From: Octopus vulgaris
Lineage: Eukaryota
Direction: 5' to 3'
DNA: 64,000 nt
Assembly (NCBI GenBank): GCA_951406725.2
Contig: OX597820.1
Span: 26,598,001-26,662,000, forward strand
A program made the translations under genes and the position numbers. Below, one piece after another: positions 58,623 to 64,000 of this stretch (its first letter is position 1; each line of letters begins with the position of its first letter). The notes under the pieces were generated by a model, which was not told the DNA's origin, did not search any database, and saw only the letters and a program-made list of their open reading frames with translations.

Positions 58623-59127
58623 CGATTATCCTCTTATCTCCAGGTAACAAAGCCTGTCCTTTTTTCCTTATTGGCATGTCAGTTTTGCAGAGTTCTTGAT
58701 TCTTCAGATATCTTCCCCTTCGCAAGTGGAGCTATCTTTAATTGTCCTTAATCATCAATGGTGACACTTCCTCCACAAGCAGCGATAAGTCAAATAAATC
58801 AAAAATCTATGTTGCATATCACTTGATGTACTTGCATTTGTCTATGTTCTTCAAATACATGCCTAGGCTACTTTGATTTATCTCACTAAGCTCATTTTTG
58901 TTTATATACATACACGCATGCATACATGTACAGACGCACATACATATATTATATATATACATACACATATGTCTATGCATGCATGTACACACACACATAT
59001 ATGTATGCATGTATATATATGTATATATATATATATGATTCACATGAAGGTGGTACTTAAGCTGAGGCACCAGAATTTAGTACGGTATTATCCATACAAT
59101 TTCAAAGTAAGGTGATTAAAATCAAAA

Positions 59128-59324
59128 TAAGTAACAAGGATATCCAGAGGGAATGCAGTACGATCGTTTCATACAAGTCCATTTAATTGAACAATGCAGT
59201 CATTACATCAATTTAAAATGCAGAGCAATCCTTTGTATTTTAAATTGATGTAATGATTGCATTGTTCAATTAAATGGAGTTGCATGAAACGATCGTACTG
59301 CATTATCTCTGAATATCCTTGTTA

Positions 59325-59329
<5 letters not shown>
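59128..59329. mobile_element. Fold-back element with ~92-bp arms
   Basis: 59128-59219 is inverted against 59237-59329 and followed by (TA)n. It contains GAAACGATCGTA, which resembles the 3' half of a hammerhead. Confidence 0.8.
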
Positions 59330-59371
<42 letters not shown>

Positions 59372-59430
59372 TTCGAGACAAAACCACTATTTTGCAAATC
59401 AAACAAGGAAAGACTTAATCAATACATAAA

Positions 59431-59484
<54 letters not shown>

Positions 59485-59597
59485 TTGCAAAATAGTGGTT
59501 TTGTCTCGAATTAATATTATATAATATTTTACTATAAAATTGGATTTAATCCTAAATCTGATTTTTTCCCTGTAATTTTGGATTTATTCCCTAATAT

Positions 59598-59662
<65 letters not shown>

Positions 59663-60718
59663 CATGGTATTCAAAACTGTGAGTTCATATAAAGGAAATA
59701 ATCATTTCTTCATAAAGTTTGTTGGGATTAGAAGTTTGAATGTGAAATTAAGGAATAAAGGAAAAAAGAAGCACAGAATAAATATACTTGTTTATTTTAT
59801 TTGTGTTGCTTACTTAATACAGAGTTCTAAAAATTTCTGGTCAGTAGCAATAGATAGATAAATAGATAGATAGATAGATAGATAGAGACATGTATGTATG
59901 CATACGTACATATTAAAAATACAGCGTAGTAAGTTTGTCTCTTGTAAGACAATACTCCAACTATGCATTTACGGTACCAATATTGGTATCAAATTCTGCG
60001 ATATTTCACTGGCCCATAGGGGAAATACGAAATTCGGTAGATATTAAAATCTGAAAGTATTTATATGCGTTTGAAGCTTCTGCAGAAATAATAATATCGA
60101 CAGGTTCTGTTTCAGTAGAATGGAGGGAGGGAAGAGGTTTAAAACCAGTCATAACTTCTTTTGAATGCTGTACAGAATTACTCAGTATCTGTTATGTATA
60201 ACAGTGGCAATAAATAAATAAATACTTTGATAAAGAGAGCTAAAACATGCAGAGAACAATAAGTCCATGGTAGTAGTGAATTCCTTCACAATAACCGTCC
60301 ATGGAATCTCAGAAATGCCAGGCCAATGTTTCTGACGAAAGACCTGGAAGAGCAATATTCAGCATTCGAAAAACAGGTTAGACATGGATAATTTTGTTGT
60401 ATAACTTCATTTCCTAATATCAACTTGAGGCTAATATTGTTTCAAATGACAGCACAAAGCCAGCAAATTTAGTGTGAAGGATAAGTAGATTAGGTATTTA
60501 ATCGACACCGAAAGGATAAAAGGCGAAGTCAACCTCGAGCTAAGAACGCAAAGCCGGAAAATTGCTGCTAAGTACTTTGTCCTGTGTGCTTACAGTTTTG
60601 CCAACCCACCACATTAATATGGATATAAATTTTCCCTTTCTTCTAAATACACAAGACCTGAAATTTTGTGGGGCGAGGCTAGTTGAATACACAGACTCCA
60701 GTACTCAACTGGTACCTA

Positions 60719-61284
60719 TTGGGTTGTCCGGAAAGTTCGTGCTGATTTTTAAAGGAAAGCAAAAGATCAATAAATACTTGCCATTACATTTTTAATCAAC
60801 CAAATATGAACCATTTTGTTGCACAATGCGTCTCCATCTTTCCTTTAACTTGAAAATATCCTCTTCTCAGAATTGAGGTAGTTTCATAGCAAAGAATTCA
60901 TCAACGTATCTTTTTACGTCATCCAAGGAATTGAAATTTTTACCATTAAGACTATTCTGCAGAGACCTGAATTTGTGGAAATCCGAAGGAGCAATATCTG
61001 GTGAATATGGAGGGTGGGGTAACACATCCCAGCCGAGCTGCAGCAATTTTTGTCTGGTTCCCAAAGCATCAAGTGCCGAAAATGAACTTTCTTATCTTCC
61101 ATTTTAAAGGGTTAGAAGATTAACACTGGTTATAGCAACATAAACCTTCTTCCACGAAAAGATAGCTTAAAATGTGCTCTAAATGGAGGTGTAGTCAAAT
61201 CCTATTTTATGGACTCAACCATATTCTAAAATAAGTCGAAATGTAAGATACTATAAATCGGCACGAACTTTCCGGACAACCCAG
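60719..61284 (-). mobile_element. Internally deleted mariner (DD34D-type) transposon inserted into a SINE
   Basis: 30-bp TIRs TTGGGTTGTCCGGAAAGTTCGTGCTGATTT (2 mismatches), with TA target duplication at 60717-18 and 61285-86. The transposase N-terminus MEDKKVHFRHLML is joined to LGWDVLPHPPYSPDIAPSDFH... Confidence 0.95.
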
Positions 61285-62725
61285 TATTTTATCAACTCCG
61301 AAGGACGAAAGGCAAAGTCGACCATAGAGATATTTGAACTAAAAAACGTTATGACGGAAGAAATGCTACTAGACATTTTGAGTTCTAACGATTCTGCTAG
61401 CTCGCCACATTCGGGCTAATGTTAACATTAACAGGAAATATAATTTCCCTTGAACTCCGGACGGTTACATTGTGTTATATTTTGAAGATCATATTTTCAA
61501 AATTCAAGAGCAGAAATGGCTGCAAATAGCAAATTAAGGAAGGAGATGGCGAAGCCCTTAAATTCCATTATGCCTTGAAAAATGTCGGTTATGCCTCGTT
61601 TTTATGAAAGGTATTGCACAACTCATAGTTATCTAGTCCCAAAAGTTCTTGTGGCACTACTTTGCAATGTAGTACGATGTTGTTGCTTAAACAATATATA
61701 ATGCTACCAGGACGAAAGACTGGCTTAATATAAATACAGAAAATATTTGTTGTATTTGTTGTATACATACATACGTGGAAGCGCAATGGCCCAGTGGTTA
61801 GGGCAGTGGACTCGCGGTCGTAGGATCGCAGTTTCGATTTCCAGACCGGGCGTTGCGAGCGAAAACACCTAAAGCTCCACGAGGCTCCGGCAGGGGGTGG
61901 TAGAGAACCCTGCTGTACTCTTTCACCGCAACTTTCTCTCACTCTTTCTTCCTGTTTCTGTTGTACCTGTATTTCAAAGGGCCAGCCTTGTCACACTCTG
62001 TGTCACGCTGAATCTCCCCATCCACTTGCACGTTAACTTCACGAGAAGGCTTTTACGCTGAACTATTGAGAAATCTGCAGTTACTCTATCCAGATTACAA
62101 GTTTAGGTTTATACCAGTAATTATTGGGGCCCTGGGATATGTAACGCACTACCTAAATATCAATCATGTGAAATTAGGCTTTTCAAAACAAGAAAGGAGA
62201 AAGCTAATTTGAAGACTACAGATGTAGTCCATCACTCCAACTGTAAAAATCTGTAAAACTTTCCAGAAGTTTGTAATTCAAATATGATCATGTCTAGATA
62301 CGCAAATATATGCATGAGAGTACATACACAAAACAAAACATGCATATCTACATACATACATACATACATACAAAAATACCCTGTTGTTGATGTTGAAATT
62401 CCAGTGAAGGAACCTTGAATCTAGGTTAGAAACCGGATCTTTATCGATGAGAAATCTTGAAATAAAATTGAACAATGACATACATACACAGCAACACAAA
62501 AAACATTGGTAGCGTTTACTAAAGGTGAACATCTATCACATCTTAGTTTTTGTGATCTAATTCCAGCGACTGACCTTTGTTCACTCGTTACAAACCAGTT
62601 CCCCCTTTTTTTTCACAGAAAGAATTTAAACAGTATATGAATATAGAATATTCATGTCTGTATACATTTACATCCATCCATCCATACATACTACAGCTAC
62701 CATCACAATCACCACCACCACCACC

Positions 62726-62802
<77 letters not shown>

Positions 62803-63034
62803 AACTGTTGCTGCTGCTGCCACCACCACCACCATCACCACCAGCATTAACACCACCACCGACGCTGCCGCCGCATGTATGCATGTATTCGTACATAATA
62901 CATGCATACACACACATGCATGCGCACATACATACGTACGTACGTACATACATACACAGAAACATACATACATACGTACAAACACATACATACATGCATA
63001 CATACATACATACATACATACATACATACATACA

Positions 63035-63070
<36 letters not shown>

Positions 63071-64000
63071 TACATACATACATATGGCCGTTAGCGACAG
63101 ACTTGCAGACGCAGAGGTTCATTAAAAACGCGATTTTGAACGTTATCTCCTGTAACTATGCCAACCTGGAGAAACGAAGATCAGTAAATGATTCTGTTAT
63201 ACTTCTTTTACAAATAAGAGATGTACCTTTTACTCACCAATTCATCGCCATTCATACTAGGTTACACAAGAAATTTCCCTGCGTAGAATTTCGTTTATAC
63301 GATTATGGTTGACAATAGACCCAACATTGACATCAGCACCACCGACGTACGTGTGAACTATCTTCGAAAGCATAATTAAATCTATCGTCAAATGTAATAT
63401 CGGTATCGAATTTTGACACAAGGCCAGTAGTATTGGTGTCAAATTTTGGCACAAAGTCAGCAACTTCGAGGAAGGGTATAAGTCGATTATATTGACCCCA
63501 ATGCTCAACTGGGCCTATCTTATCGACCTTGAAAGAGTGAAAGGCAAAGTCAACCTCGGTGGAATTTGAACTCAGAACGTAAAGACGGGTGAAATGTCGC
63601 CAAGCATTTTGCTCGGCGTGCTAACAATTCTGCCAGCTCGCCTCCTTGAATCGTTAAATCTAATATCGCGTGTTACCGATAGAGGGCGGTGAGCTGGGAG
63701 AATCGTTAGCAAGTTTTGACAAAATGCTTAGCAGCATTTCTTGCGGCTCTTTACGTCCTGGTCTGAGTTCAAATCCTGTCGAGGTCAACTTTGCCTTTCA
63801 ACTCTTCGAGGCCGATAAAATACATCACCAGACAAGTACTAGGGTCGATGTAATCAACTTGCATCCCACTCCTCTCTTCAAGATTTCTGACTTTGAATCT
63901 TTCAAGGGGCCCGCCTCCCGTTTAGGGGGAATGTTGCAATCTCGGTCGCTTACACGCCATGGAAATCGGGTACTTTACGATCATGTTTATGTTTTTAATT

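Noticed and set aside
63084-63255. Strong minus-strand acceptor (~63156) and donor (~63237) motifs
   Set aside because: They are in the wrong order to bound one exon, and neither yields an open frame ending in phase 1 to join exon A.

Overview
This is AT-rich, microsatellite-saturated animal genomic DNA. The tRNA-derived SINE families and repeat landscape suggest a coleoid cephalopod, probably Octopus (inference). Almost every ORF in the supplied track is a microsatellite or SINE translation artefact. Manual splice-site reading finds one real gene spanning the window on the minus strand, with four small GT-AG exons whose phases fit: 58066-58215, 36091-36151, 29125-29171 and 1379-1478. Together they encode EGF-EGF-transmembrane-RRKTK, the juxtamembrane part of a type I membrane protein whose ends lie outside the window. 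The last EGF module is split by an intron between Cys4 and Cys5 and lies about 5 residues from the membrane helix, the gene-structure signature of ErbB-ligand/mucin/IMPG2-type EGF modules. The 7-28 kb introns contain several SINE families, Tc1/mariner remnants, hAT-like and Merlin/MULE-like MITEs, and CR1, RTE and R4/Dong LINE fragments. They also hold a (TAA)n-targeting non-autonomous element and many fold-back elements carrying Penelope-type minimal hammerhead ribozyme motifs, one with a compensatory G3:C8 core swap on the pre-mRNA strand. Repeat boundaries are approximate; exon boundaries were counted base by base.
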